A program made the translations under genes and the position numbers. From Minisyncoccia bacterium (lineage in GTDB: Bacteria > Patescibacteriota > Minisyncoccia > Phycocordibacterales > UBA9973), in assembly GCA_038249055.1 (NCBI GenBank), contig JBBRWS010000008.1, forward strand, positions 1 to 58,853: a stretch of 58,853 nucleotides of DNA, written 5' to 3'. Every line of letters starts with the position of its first letter. Positions within the stretch are counted from its first letter, which is position 1. Below are positions 1-9,324 of the stretch, in pieces. The notes under the pieces are model-generated. The model did not search any database. It saw nothing but the letters and a program-made list of their open reading frames with translations, and had not been told where the DNA came from.

Positions 1-338
1 CCGTGTCTCAGTCCCATCGGTGGGGGTCAGCCTCTCAGCTCCCCTAAGCGTCATAGCCTTGGTGGTCCATTACACCGCCAACTAGCTGATACTTCACAGG
101 CCTTTCCCTAAGCGAAAAACTTTACTCCGGAGAGACTATCGTGTATTAGCTCACCTTTCGGTGAGTTGTTCACGACTTAGGGGGAAGTTCCTATGTATTA
201 CTACCTCGTTCGCCACTAACTTTAAACGACCTTTGAATTGATATAATCGCATCATTGGAAAAATAAAGTCCGTTCGACTTGCATGCCTTATCCACGCCGC
301 CAGCGTTCATCCTGAGCTAGGATCAAACTCTACTTAAA
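1..338 (-). rRNA. rrs: 16S rRNA gene, 5' part (runs off window start; 5' end approximate)
   Basis: Reverse complement reads AGAGTTTGATCCTAGCTCAGGATGAACGCTGGCGGCGTG...GCATGCAAGTCGAACG...GGGACTGAGACACGG, the conserved 16S 5' motifs. Confidence 0.98.
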
Positions 339-652
339 AATAGAACGGAACAAAATAAAGAATACTTTATCGACATCGACTCGGACGATATAAAAATGAT
401 TACATTTTTATTCGCTCCTCGCTTGTCGTTAAAAAAAATACTTTGTTACATTTACTGGTTTCGTTCCACACGCTGTGGAATATATCTCGCATCCTTGCGA
501 GAATTATTATCTCTCACCTGAGAGATAACCTTGCTTGATTTATGATTGTTCTCACAAATAACCTCGTCTTTTAAAAAGATTACTATGAGAACTTTACCTA
601 TTCAAATTTCAAAGAAATTAAAACAGTCCGATATAAACAGACTGTGGAATCC

Positions 653-680
653 ATTATATACATATAAGAAAAGAAGTCAA
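653..680 (-). promoter_or_regulatory. sigma70-type rRNA promoter
   Basis: Minus strand TTGACT-N16-TATAAT about 315 nt upstream of the 16S 5' end. Confidence 0.75.
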
Positions 681-705
681 GGGTTTTCTATATTGCTATA
701 TATAA

Positions 706-736
706 CAAAATATCCCCTAATATAAAGGGATATTTG
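706..736. terminator. intrinsic terminator-like hairpin after ORF 752..1129
   Basis: AAATATCCC-N10-GGGATATTT. Confidence 0.55.
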
Positions 737-751
737 TCTTATTTCTTATTA

Positions 752-1129
752 TTACTGCAAGGGATTATAAGGATTAGGTCTGTTCTTTAAAAAATTCTTT
801 ATATCTTTGATTTTTTGGGCATTCTCTTGAGCAGTATCATACATATCTCTATTATCATTATTTGATGTTAATTCATGATATTCTTCAATCTTCATATCAT
901 CAATATACCATTGACCATCTTCTTTTTTGGTTAGTTTTTCTGAATTTAAAATTTTATATTGTTCTGCTATCCTAGTTTTTTCTTTTTTAAATAATTCATC
1001 TACATCATTAACAGGTTCATCTTTTTTAATATTTTGTTCAGGCTCATCTGGAATATTTAATCGATATTGCCCATCACTTTCTACACCAGAATCTATATTT
1101 ATAGAATTTATTTTTTTATTTTTTTCCAT
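752..1129 (-). CDS. hypothetical charged protein (125 aa)
   Basis: Open ORF with host-like codon bias, followed by a terminator; no recognisable motif. Confidence 0.65.
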   Translation of the reverse strand: MEKNKKINSINIDSGVESDGQYRLNIPDEPEQNIKKDEPVNDVDELFKKEKTRIAEQYKILNSEKLTKKEDGQWYIDDMKIEEYHELTSNNDNRDMYDTAQENAQKIKDIKNFLKNRPNPYNPLQ

Positions 1130-1246
1130 CCCGTTATAAGCAGGTCGCGGTCGTATTTTTTATAAAAACCGTTATTTGCATAGTTAAAAATTTAATAAAT
1201 AATTATCACATCTCGCTATAAACCGTGACTGCGGCTTCTAACGGGA
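1129..1246. mobile_element. MITE-like element, TCCCGTTA...TAACGGGA ends, 4-bp TCCA flanking duplication
   Basis: Imperfect ~24-bp terminal inverted repeats; TCCA at 1125-1128 and 1247-1250. Confidence 0.7.
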
Positions 1247-1333
1247 TCCATAGTTAAATTATACTACTAAATTTTAAAATCAAATACATTTACAAAAACC
1301 ATTTTTTCTGTAATAATTACAGTCAGTTAACTT

Positions 1334-1406
1334 GCCCTGTTAGCTCAGCTGGTAGAGCAGCTCCCTCTTAAGGAGATGGTCGGGGGTTCGATTCCCTCAC
1401 GGGGCA
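1334..1406 (+). tRNA. tRNA-Lys(CTT), no encoded CCA
   Basis: Acceptor GCCCTGT/ACGGGGC, anticodon loop CTCTTAA, T-loop TTCGATT. Confidence 0.95.
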
Positions 1407-1691
1407 CAAAAGTGAAAAAAGAAGCAACGAGTAAGTTGCTTCTTTTTTTGATTCCCACTTTTGGCCCCGTGAGGGAATCGAAAAACGGAGGCTGTCGAGC
1501 TGAGTCGGGGTCGCGAGATTTTTCAGTAGAAAAATACTTGTGACCGATGAACCCAAACTGCTTTGCTTGCGTGAGGGAATCGAAAAGCTTTTCGTTCTCC
1601 GATACTCATTGGAGCGAAAAGTACCTGAACATGCGAATGAGTACATTCGCCTACTGGGTCGTGTTCGATAAGCGTACTTGCGGTCCCTCAC
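1407..1691 (+). mobile_element. tRNA-Lys-associated antisense/scaffold element (two scaffolds in tandem)
   Basis: Antisense to tRNA 3' end at 1464-1482 and 1573-1584; scaffold B 1483-1544; scaffold A 1585-1683; direct repeat TCCCTCAC 1684-1691. Confidence 0.75.
1634..1658 (-). repeat. 25-bp GTAG-type REP-like unit, copy 1
   Basis: Plus strand CGAATG-AGTA-CATTCG-CCTACTGGG. Confidence 0.85.
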
Positions 1692-1704
1692 CTTATTTAA
1701 CCTA

Positions 1705-1893
1705 TTAATAACTTAGTAACCCATCAATACAAGACGGGTCGTCTATATTTAATTTACTACAGTTATTTTTAATTTTTGTATCACTATAGATACTAGTACC
1801 TAATGATAATAAATACATAACTGTCACAAAAACTAAAACAATAAAAATTATTGTTACAACAAATATTTTACTGATTCCTTTATTATTATTCAT
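1705..1893 (-). CDS. small prepilin-like membrane-anchored protein
   Basis: MNNNKG|ISKIFVV plus hydrophobic helix; Cys pair near C-terminus. Confidence 0.55.
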   Translation of the reverse strand: MNNNKGISKIFVVTIIFIVLVFVTVMYLLSLGTSIYSDTKIKNNCSKLNIDDPSCIDGLLSY

Positions 1894-1919
1894 TAATTTT
1901 ACTTTATATTTAAAAATAT

Positions 1920-2507
1920 TTATTTATTATTTTCAGAAACTATCAAATCAAACATTTTTAAAACATCCGGATTATTTGAACGAGTTGTCACTGGAATATA
2001 AGAAAGATTTTTAGGATTAACTGGATTAGAAGGAGTGATATATTCACCAACCCATTTTTCTCCATTTTCTGATTTTAAACAATATGCTTTAGTCATTGAA
2101 TCTTTATCATTAGAAAATGATATATTCGAACAAGTATTTTGCCAACCAGCTATAAAAATAGAATCGTTTTCAGAAAAAGACTTTGGTGGTTTTAATAAAA
2201 TTCCTGTTTCATATCCTTCACTACCAATACTTCCTCCTTTTATACTTTCTACAGTCCAACAGTTTGGATACTTAACTGTATAAATTCCATTATAAGTTAA
2301 CCAAGTAGAACAATTATCTACTGCTATATTTTCATTAGAAATCAAATTTGTATTACCTTCTTCTAATAATTGAGATTCTTTTATTTTTACTTCTTTATCC
2401 ACTTTATTTGAATTCCTTCCCATCAAGTAAGCAGTACCACTCATTGCAAAAATACCAGCCACTACAGCTATAATCATCATCAATGAAAACCCTTTATTAT
2501 ATTTCAT
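1920..2507 (-). CDS. prepilin-like secreted protein, possible PsbP/DcrB-like C-terminal domain
   Basis: MKYNKG|FSLMMIIAVV class III-like signal; YTVKYPNCWTVE motif. Confidence 0.65.
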   Translation of the reverse strand: MKYNKGFSLMMIIAVVAGIFAMSGTAYLMGRNSNKVDKEVKIKESQLLEEGNTNLISNENIAVDNCSTWLTYNGIYTVKYPNCWTVESIKGGSIGSEGYETGILLKPPKSFSENDSIFIAGWQNTCSNISFSNDKDSMTKAYCLKSENGEKWVGEYITPSNPVNPKNLSYIPVTTRSNNPDVLKMFDLIVSENNK

Positions 2508-2536
2508 ATATATTCAATTAATGCTAATAAATAATA

Positions 2537-3211
2537 CTACTCCGCATATGAACACCTAAACCCTTCAAATTTTCTATCTGTTGGATTAGAAATATCAAGA
2601 GTTATTTTTCCTTCTATTTTAGCACCTCCCATTTTCATATACTCCTCAACCCTACTACAATTTTCTTTATTAGGAATATCATTTGTCTTACGCCAATAAT
2701 TTAATATATTTTCTTTTAATTCAAACAACCCGGCAGAATAATTATCGCTAAATAATTTTTCACGTTTATCTAAATCATAAATTATAAAACTTCGTGATGT
2801 CCCTGTTCCCTCATCTATAATTAAAAGATTATCTTTTATATAAGAAAAATGCTGAGCTCGATAACAATTAAGACCATCTGTACAACTATTTTTAATCTCA
2901 AAATCATCCTCTCCTACTTTATAGTCACAATCAATTTTTTGTTGTTTATTTATTTTAAATTTTACTAAAATATCATCTCCTGCATTACCAGATAAATCAG
3001 CACGAGTTATAATAAAATATTTAGACCTATCGTAACAATTATTTCCATTTAATGTAAAATCATTAAAAACTTCTTTACTGTTTAATTCTTTGATTTTATT
3101 TTCACGATTAATATTATTCTGCTTCAACCAATATACTCCCCCACTTACTACTAAAATACCTGCTATTACTGATGCAAGTGCTACCATAGCAAAACCTTTG
3201 TTGTATTTCAT
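2537..3211 (-). CDS. prepilin-like secreted protein
   Basis: MKYNKG|FAMVALASV plus TM helix; Cys-containing extracellular domain. Confidence 0.65.
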   Translation of the reverse strand: MKYNKGFAMVALASVIAGILVVSGGVYWLKQNNINRENKIKELNSKEVFNDFTLNGNNCYDRSKYFIITRADLSGNAGDDILVKFKINKQQKIDCDYKVGEDDFEIKNSCTDGLNCYRAQHFSYIKDNLLIIDEGTGTSRSFIIYDLDKREKLFSDNYSAGLFELKENILNYWRKTNDIPNKENCSRVEEYMKMGGAKIEGKITLDISNPTDRKFEGFRCSYAE

Positions 3212-3302
3212 AATTCAATAAATAAGATTAATAAATATAAACTCTTTAATTATATACCTTTACTATAATTTTTCATATTAAAATAATGAGTAGTGAAATC
3301 AA

Positions 3303-3336
3303 AATCCACCTATAACAAATTTGTTACAGGTGGATT
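3303..3336. terminator. terminator-like hairpin downstream of the Cys-rich microprotein
   Basis: AATCCACCTATAACA...TGTTACAGGTGGATT. Confidence 0.55.
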
Positions 3337-3367
3337 AATTTACCGAAATCATAAAGTATAATTCATC

Positions 3368-3454
3368 TTATTTAGTACCACATCCACACTCACAACTTCC
3401 ATCTGGTTTTGTGTGAACATGATCACATGTTGGACACTTTGTTTCTTCATCCAT
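3368..3454 (-). CDS. 28-aa Cys/His-rich metal-binding microprotein (not in ORF track)
   Basis: Manual translation MDEETKCPTCDHVHTKPDGSCECGCGTK*; CxxC-x-HxH and CxCxC motifs. Confidence 0.7.
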   Translation of the reverse strand: MDEETKCPTCDHVHTKPDGSCECGCGTK

Positions 3455-3564
3455 AGTAATTTTAAAGTTAATTTAAATAAATAATACCACGACCTTTGTC
3501 TCTATATAATGATATTATATTTAGATAAAAATGCAATATATTTTTTAATTACAAGTATTTTATA

Positions 3565-4560
3565 CTACTTTCTTAACAACTTTATTAACTCGTCCATTAA
3601 ATCTTTTATGGATTCATCGTTATAAAGTGAAAGTGTAAATACTGGTTTTTTAAGTTTTAGAAATTCTTTCTTTATTTTTTCAATCTTTTTAGTATCATCA
3701 ATAAGGTCTGTTTTGGTTAAAATAATTACCTCTTCTTTTTCTAAAAGAGTTTTATCATAGGCTCCCAATTCTTTACGAATATCTTTATAAACTTGCATTG
3801 GTTTTTTCAGTCCAGCTTCGCCATCCTGACAAGCATTTTCAAGTGATACTAAATGAGCTAACATTCTAGTTCTTTTAATATGTTTTAAAAACTTTATTCC
3901 GAGACCTTTACCGCTTGAAGCTCCTTCGATAAGACCTGGAATATCAGCGATAGTAAAACCGAAGAAATCTCCCAAATTTGGATCTAGCGTTGTAAATTGA
4001 TAACTACCTATCTTTGCAGATGCATTTGTTACTGCATTCAAAAGTGATGACTTGCCTGCATTAGGTAAACCAACTAAACCAACATCAGCAAAAAGTTCAA
4101 GTTCTATTTTAAAATTACCTTGTTCACCTATTTTACCTTTAGTAGCTTTTGTTGGGGTCGTATTAATAGAAGTCTTAAATTGCTCATTTCCCCATCCTCC
4201 AGGACCACCTTTGAGTAATAATTCTTTCTGTCCAACTTTATCAAGAGAAACTGTACCACCACTTTCCACGTTTGTGATAACAGAACCCACAGGAAATTCT
4301 ATTAATAAATCCTTTCCATCTTTACCATGACGACTTCCACCTGCTCCTTCTTCTCCATCATATCCTTCAAATTGTTTTTTGTGTTTATATTTAGAAAGTA
4401 GGTTTATATCATTAACAGCAACGGCATATATACTGCCGCCTCTTCCACCATCCCCACCATTTGGACCTCCTTTATCAATAAACTTTTCACGACGCCAACG
4501 AACAACGCCGTCTCCACCGCGACCTGCTTTTGCATAAAATTTTATTTCATCTATAAACAT
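3565..4560 (-). CDS. obgE: GTPase ObgE/CgtA (start moved to MFIDEIKF)
   Basis: Gly-rich Obg domain (GRGGDG...GGPNGGDGGRGG); G-motifs GLPNAGKS, FTT, DIPGL, TKTD. Confidence 0.96.
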   Translation of the reverse strand: MFIDEIKFYAKAGRGGDGVVRWRREKFIDKGGPNGGDGGRGGSIYAVAVNDINLLSKYKHKKQFEGYDGEEGAGGSRHGKDGKDLLIEFPVGSVITNVESGGTVSLDKVGQKELLLKGGPGGWGNEQFKTSINTTPTKATKGKIGEQGNFKIELELFADVGLVGLPNAGKSSLLNAVTNASAKIGSYQFTTLDPNLGDFFGFTIADIPGLIEGASSGKGLGIKFLKHIKRTRMLAHLVSLENACQDGEAGLKKPMQVYKDIRKELGAYDKTLLEKEEVIILTKTDLIDDTKKIEKIKKEFLKLKKPVFTLSLYNDESIKDLMDELIKLLRK

Positions 4561-4593
4561 ATAATATAATTGTTGATTAGGTTCTGTGTCTTG

Positions 4594-4678
4594 CTTCGCA
4601 TAAAATAAATTGATTTTCGCTGTCTCGTAGGGCCCCTCTGGGGTAAAGAGCAAGAAAATTAAATTATTTTGGGCGAAG
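4594..4678. repeat. long intergenic stem-loop with GC-rich core
   Basis: 25-bp imperfect inverted repeat CTTCGCATAAAATAAATTGATTTTC / GAAAATTAAATTATTTTGGGCGAAG. Confidence 0.65.
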
Positions 4679-4692
4679 TTATATAATACAAC

Positions 4693-5607
4693 TTACGCTA
4701 ATAATGCCTTTTCAGCAAGCTTTATGGCTCCTTCTTTTGATTTAACATGAATCAAATATCCTGACTTGTGACAAAAAATAACATCATCTACCCCGGTTAC
4801 TTCTCTTAATTTTGGATCCCCATTTGTAAATCCGCGCCAGCTTTCAGGAAATAATTTTCGGCTTTCCATAGTATCTGAGGTTACACTGACCGTCTCAACC
4901 TTCCACTCATCACTATGGCCACTTGGACAAATATAATATAGAGGTTCAGGAAGTCTAGGAAGTACATCTCTAACCAAAAATCTATGAAAAGGCTTACTTA
5001 ATATTATAATTCTTTTATCTTGTGCCATATTATAATCTTCCATTATAATTTTTTCTCCTTTAATATTTGACTGAGCAACTTTAATCTCTCTTTCCAATAA
5101 AGGAATAATTTTCTTTACTTCTTGTTCAAAAATTTTATCTACATTATTCACATCTTCATCCCAAGTAGGATAAAAAGCTTTAAAAATATTATTAACTGTA
5201 TACTGCTCTACATCTTTAAATTTGGACACTGTCAAATCCATACCATTATCTATAGCGTCTATTGGTTGAGCAAGTTTTTTATCTATCTCTAATGCAACTT
5301 CTTTGGAACCACAAATTTTTTCACCATAAGTTTTCCATATAAGACCGAAAGATGAATAAGGAATACCATTTTCTCTATTTCCAGCACCTCCTCTTTGATG
5401 ATGATCAAAAATATTATTAGTAGGATTATAATCTCCCCCTACATCGTATACATAGTCGGCCTTTTTAAAAACTTCTGAGTCACGAGTACGGATGATTTTA
5501 ATATTTCCATTATTTAATATTGAGAGCGCAGCTGTAGCAAAAAGATCGTCAGTATGAAATGCTCCGTTGTGTGTTACACATATTTTCTTTTTTTTAAAAA
5601 ATGACAT
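4693..5607 (-). CDS. MYG1 family metal-dependent hydrolase/exonuclease
   Basis: THNGAFHTDD, IIRTRD, DVGG, FDHHQ, FCHKSGY motifs. Confidence 0.92.
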   Translation of the reverse strand: MSFFKKKKICVTHNGAFHTDDLFATAALSILNNGNIKIIRTRDSEVFKKADYVYDVGGDYNPTNNIFDHHQRGGAGNRENGIPYSSFGLIWKTYGEKICGSKEVALEIDKKLAQPIDAIDNGMDLTVSKFKDVEQYTVNNIFKAFYPTWDEDVNNVDKIFEQEVKKIIPLLEREIKVAQSNIKGEKIIMEDYNMAQDKRIIILSKPFHRFLVRDVLPRLPEPLYYICPSGHSDEWKVETVSVTSDTMESRKLFPESWRGFTNGDPKLREVTGVDDVIFCHKSGYLIHVKSKEGAIKLAEKALLA

Positions 5608-5612
5608 ATATT

Positions 5613-6218
5613 TTATTCCTCTATTTCCTGTAATTCAAATAATTCTATCACAAATGCAATAATTTTTTCTAAAACGAAAAACATAATAAAGAATATAAGT
5701 ATTATACCAAGAAAATTACGAACGTCACGACTAATTGAAAGTGCAGTCAAACTAAAGAAATACCCTATTGAAAGCATCGCGATTGTCCAAGTTAAAAGAG
5801 AAGATGCTTCCGCTTTTATAAAAGTACGTAATTTTATTTTCTTATACCCGGCATAGATTAATGCAAACCAATATATTCCAAGTATCAAAAATCTAGATAA
5901 AAATATTGACCAAAAGGGTTTTTTTAGAAAGTTTGGTAAATAATATTTTATACGATTTTCCGTTTTAATTAAAAATCTTTTATCAGAATGATTATTTTGT
6001 AAATAGTATCCGATACCATAACCTACAATTGATTTTATGCCTCCTCCAGCAATTGTAGCTAAAAAAGCAAAATATAAATTAATAGAACCCAGATGCGCAA
6101 AAATTCCAGCAATAATTACCATTATCTCACCTTCAACCACTACCCCTAAAGTAATTAACAAATATACGATATTCGCATGTTCAGCAACAAATTGTTTAAT
6201 AAAACCGATAGTCAGCAT
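5613..6218 (-). CDS. DedA/VTT family membrane protein
   Basis: EGE motif, GYGIG, SRF, multi-TM. Confidence 0.8.
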   Translation of the reverse strand: MLTIGFIKQFVAEHANIVYLLITLGVVVEGEIMVIIAGIFAHLGSINLYFAFLATIAGGGIKSIVGYGIGYYLQNNHSDKRFLIKTENRIKYYLPNFLKKPFWSIFLSRFLILGIYWFALIYAGYKKIKLRTFIKAEASSLLTWTIAMLSIGYFFSLTALSISRDVRNFLGIILIFFIMFFVLEKIIAFVIELFELQEIEE

Positions 6219-6226
6219 AATATATA

Positions 6227-6568
6227 TTAATCAAAATGGAATATTTTACCCAATATCCAATTAATGACCGAAACGATTAATGCTCCCATAAAGGCTGCAT
6301 AAAATGTTGTGACATGAAAACCATCAATTAGAGTTCCTAAATACCAAAAAATAGCTCCATTAATAATGAGCGAAAATAAACCAAGAGTTATAAGATTGAT
6401 TGGAAGTGTTAGTATATTAATAATAGGTTTAATAAACATATTAATTAAAGTCAAACAAGCCCCCACAATAAGAGTAGTCCATATAGGGTCAACAGATATT
6501 CCAGAAATAATTTTCGTTGTAATAAAAACTGCGAGAGACAATATAATCCAACGTACAAAAATTTTCAT
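6227..6568 (-). CDS. YvlD/DUF360 'phage holin family' 4-TM protein
   Basis: IKPIINILTLPINLITLGLFSLIING signature. Confidence 0.85.
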   Translation of the reverse strand: MKIFVRWIILSLAVFITTKIISGISVDPIWTTLIVGACLTLINMFIKPIINILTLPINLITLGLFSLIINGAIFWYLGTLIDGFHVTTFYAAFMGALIVSVINWILGKIFHFD

Positions 6569-6687
6569 TATCCTAAACTTTTTATCAAAATAACATTATT
6601 GCTAAGATATATTATTAAATAAAAAGCAAATTAAATTTATAATAATTTTATTAAAAAAGTTTTAGTGAATTCATTCACCAAAATAAT

Positions 6688-7143
6688 TTAAATAAATAAT
6701 TTATCGACAGCTTCTTTAACCATACCACCGTCTGCTTTTCCTTTTAAATCCTTCATAAGAGATGCCATGAACATTCCTTTTTTTGTAACATCTTTAATTT
6801 CTAATTCATCATATTTAGTTTTTACAAATTTTTCTACTTCAGTAATATCCATTAATTTGGGTAAATATTCTTCTATAATGGCAAGTTGCTCTTTTTCTAC
6901 ATCAACTAAATCCATACGGCCACCTTTAGTAAATTGTTCAATGGAGTCTTTACGTTGTTTAGAAGAACGCGTAATAACAGCTAAGGCCTGCTCATCAGAT
7001 AACATATCTTGTGGTGTTTTTCCTGTGGCTACTAATTCATTTGTAAAAGCAGTTATAAAACCTCGCATAACTTCAAGTCGAACTGTATCACGAGCTTTCA
7101 TTGCTTCTTTTAAATTGTTTTTGATTTGTTCATGTAATGACAT
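6688..7143 (-). CDS. GatB/YqeY domain protein
   Basis: LKEAMKARD...KQRKDSIEQF..GGR.DL...E...YLP...LKGKADG. Confidence 0.92.
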   Translation of the reverse strand: MSLHEQIKNNLKEAMKARDTVRLEVMRGFITAFTNELVATGKTPQDMLSDEQALAVITRSSKQRKDSIEQFTKGGRMDLVDVEKEQLAIIEEYLPKLMDITEVEKFVKTKYDELEIKDVTKKGMFMASLMKDLKGKADGGMVKEAVDKLFI

Positions 7144-7194
7144 GCTTATATTGTATCATAAAGGTGATATTTAAGTAAAAAGATGTAGCCAGTT

Positions 7195-8229
7195 TTAATC
7201 AATTAAAGAATACAGGCTTAAATATTCATTCATTGATTTTTTATTTGAAATTATCGATAACATATGACGTGCTCTTATAGAACGAGTATCATCTGGTTGG
7301 TTCAAAAGATTTGCACATTTTCTATAGGTTAAGAGCCAAAGAGCTGAGCTTAATAAAGCATTATTAATTTTACCGTTTATTAATAAATAAAAATCTAGGG
7401 TTGATTTACGAATTGAATAAGGAATTCCCTCTGATGTTCCCCTTTCTGGTATTAAATAAAAAGCTACATCAAAATACTCTGGAATAAGTTCAGGAAATGG
7501 ATCGAACATTGTAGGATTTTCAGTCGCAAAAAAATGGCGAGGGCTAAAATCCATATTTCCAAGAAATGAAGAAGTTGTAGCATTTTCTTTCAAAATATTT
7601 TCCATATGAGAATTAGCAATATTTTTCCATTCTGTTTCAGGAAATTCTTTACATATAACATCAAATTTATCTGAATTTACAAATTCAAACTCTAAATAAT
7701 CTTTCAGTAAAAGAATAGGACCTACGAGCTGATTACCCTTCTCCACAAAAGGAAATCCAAATCCAACACCAGAAACCTTTTGCATTCTATTTAAAGCTGT
7801 ACCCATTATTTGTCCAACATCTTGTAAACTAATAGAATTATCATCTATCTTATTTTTAATAGTTAAACCATCAAAATAATCCATTATATAATAAGATGAT
7901 TGATCTTGATCTCCCTCTTCATAAATATTAGGAACAGTGACTTCTACTTCTTTCCATTTTTTAAGTGAAATGATTTCAGATTTTAGTATTTTATTTCTAC
8001 TACTTGTTTTTAATACATATCTTCTCCCGTCTAATAATATCAATTTAACAACAATAGAACTTACCCCCTCCTGATAAAACTCAACAGAAATATTATTAAC
8101 TTCTGACAAAAATGAGGATTGATTAATAACAAAACTGATATAATTATTAGCATTCAATCTGAATTCCTTGTCTTTAGATGAAGCCCAGTTTTGAACAGAA
8201 CAATTATTTAAGAAGGTAATATTTTTCAT
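7195..8229 (-). CDS. protein-kinase-like/APH-type phosphotransferase fold, divergent
   Basis: YVLKT ATP lysine, VTVPNIY, YYIMDY hinge, degenerate NMDFSPRH...FDP catalytic region. Confidence 0.6.
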   Translation of the reverse strand: MKNITFLNNCSVQNWASSKDKEFRLNANNYISFVINQSSFLSEVNNISVEFYQEGVSSIVVKLILLDGRRYVLKTSSRNKILKSEIISLKKWKEVEVTVPNIYEEGDQDQSSYYIMDYFDGLTIKNKIDDNSISLQDVGQIMGTALNRMQKVSGVGFGFPFVEKGNQLVGPILLLKDYLEFEFVNSDKFDVICKEFPETEWKNIANSHMENILKENATTSSFLGNMDFSPRHFFATENPTMFDPFPELIPEYFDVAFYLIPERGTSEGIPYSIRKSTLDFYLLINGKINNALLSSALWLLTYRKCANLLNQPDDTRSIRARHMLSIISNKKSMNEYLSLYSLID

Positions 8230-8319
8230 ATATGGATTATAGCAAATATGTACTAAATTTATTACTTGATTATATTTTATAAAGCAAAAGCAGATGTGTA
8301 AAAAAATGGGTTCATATAT

Positions 8320-8436
8320 AATAGTCTTCTCAAAGGGGCTTTGGAGCGCAGCGGTGCTAAAACTGAAAAAATTTTTAGCAAAAATTTTGATTTAGTAAAA
8401 TCACCTACTGGGTTGTACCCTTTGATAAGAACTATT
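8320..8436. mobile_element. MITE-like stem-loop element (ATAGTCTTMTCARAGGG ends), copy 1
   Basis: Terminal IR AATAGTCTTCTCAAAGGG / CCCTTTGATAAGAACTATT; same ends as 29164..29355. Confidence 0.65.
8388..8412 (-). repeat. 25-bp GTAG-type REP-like unit, copy 2
   Basis: Plus strand TGATTT-AGTA-AAATCA-CCTACTGGG. Confidence 0.85.
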
Positions 8437-8470
8437 TTGTTTGTGTTTATTAAGGTGATATTATATAAAT

Positions 8471-9199
8471 ATGAAAAAAATTATATTTTTAGATACAGAA
8501 ACTACAGGAAACGAACCAAAAAAAGATTTCCTTTGTCAGTTAGCATATAAAACAAAAGATGAAACTTTTTGTGAATTATATAAACCTGCTATTCCTATTC
8601 CTCCTGAAGCTAGTGCAATAACCCACATAACAAATAAAATGGTAGCAGACAAAAAAGTTTTTAAAGAGAGTCCTGAATATAATAAAATTAAAACTTTACT
8701 TGAATCCCCTGACTCAGTTATGGTGGCCCATAATAATAAATTTGATTATGAAATAATTAAAAAAGAAGGAATAACTCCAGCCAACACTATTTGTACACTT
8801 CGAGTAGCTCGCGCTCTAGATAAAAATAATATTATTCCTCAATATAGACTTCAGTACTTGAGATACTATTTAGATATAGATATAGAGGCAAGTGCACATG
8901 ACGCACTCGGAGACGTACTCGTTCTTGAAAAATTATATGAAAGATTACTTGATAAAATAATGAAAGAAGATGGTATAAGTGAAGAAGAAGCAATTAATAA
9001 AATGATAGATATTTCAAGCAAACCGTCTATTATGAATTTATTTAATTTTGGAAAACATAATGGTAAAACAGTAGCTGATGTAGCTCGTGTGGATCCAGGA
9101 TATTTAGAATGGATGCTTAATCAAAAAGAACAAAGTGGGTCTGATAATGAGGAGGATTGGATATATACACTAAAACACTATCTCGGTAGATTACTATAG
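8471..9199 (+). CDS. DEDDh 3'-5' exonuclease (ExoX-like) with C-terminal FGKHxG domain
   Basis: DTETTG, AHNNKFD, AHDALGD motifs; FNFGKHNGK...DPGYLEW. Confidence 0.9.
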   Translation: MKKIIFLDTETTGNEPKKDFLCQLAYKTKDETFCELYKPAIPIPPEASAITHITNKMVADKKVFKESPEYNKIKTLLESPDSVMVAHNNKFDYEIIKKEGITPANTICTLRVARALDKNNIIPQYRLQYLRYYLDIDIEASAHDALGDVLVLEKLYERLLDKIMKEDGISEEEAINKMIDISSKPSIMNLFNFGKHNGKTVADVARVDPGYLEWMLNQKEQSGSDNEEDWIYTLKHYLGRLL

Positions 9200-9224
9200 A
9201 ATTATGATACAATAAATATACGTG

Positions 9225-9324
9225 TCCCGTTTAAAATTTAATGAAACTTAATATTTTCATTAATATGTAGACATGTAAAGATTTTAATTATTAAATATTA
9301 TCAATTAATAAATTTTATTTGGGA
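9225..9324. mobile_element. MITE-like element at rmuC start, TCCC...GGGA ends, TG flanks
   Basis: TCCCGTTTAAAATTTA ... TAAATTTTATTTGGGA; TG at 9223-9224 and 9325-9326. Confidence 0.55.

Noticed and set aside
1368-1691. ORFs overlapping tRNAs and elements (also 8341..8550, 35704..36030, 38882..39064, 47346..47609, and the N-terminal extension 22063..22143)
   Set aside because: Shadow frames arising from GC-rich structured non-coding DNA; no protein motifs.
6227-6568. Prophage suggested by the 'phage holin family' gene
   Set aside because: This family is commonly chromosomal; no other phage genes nearby.
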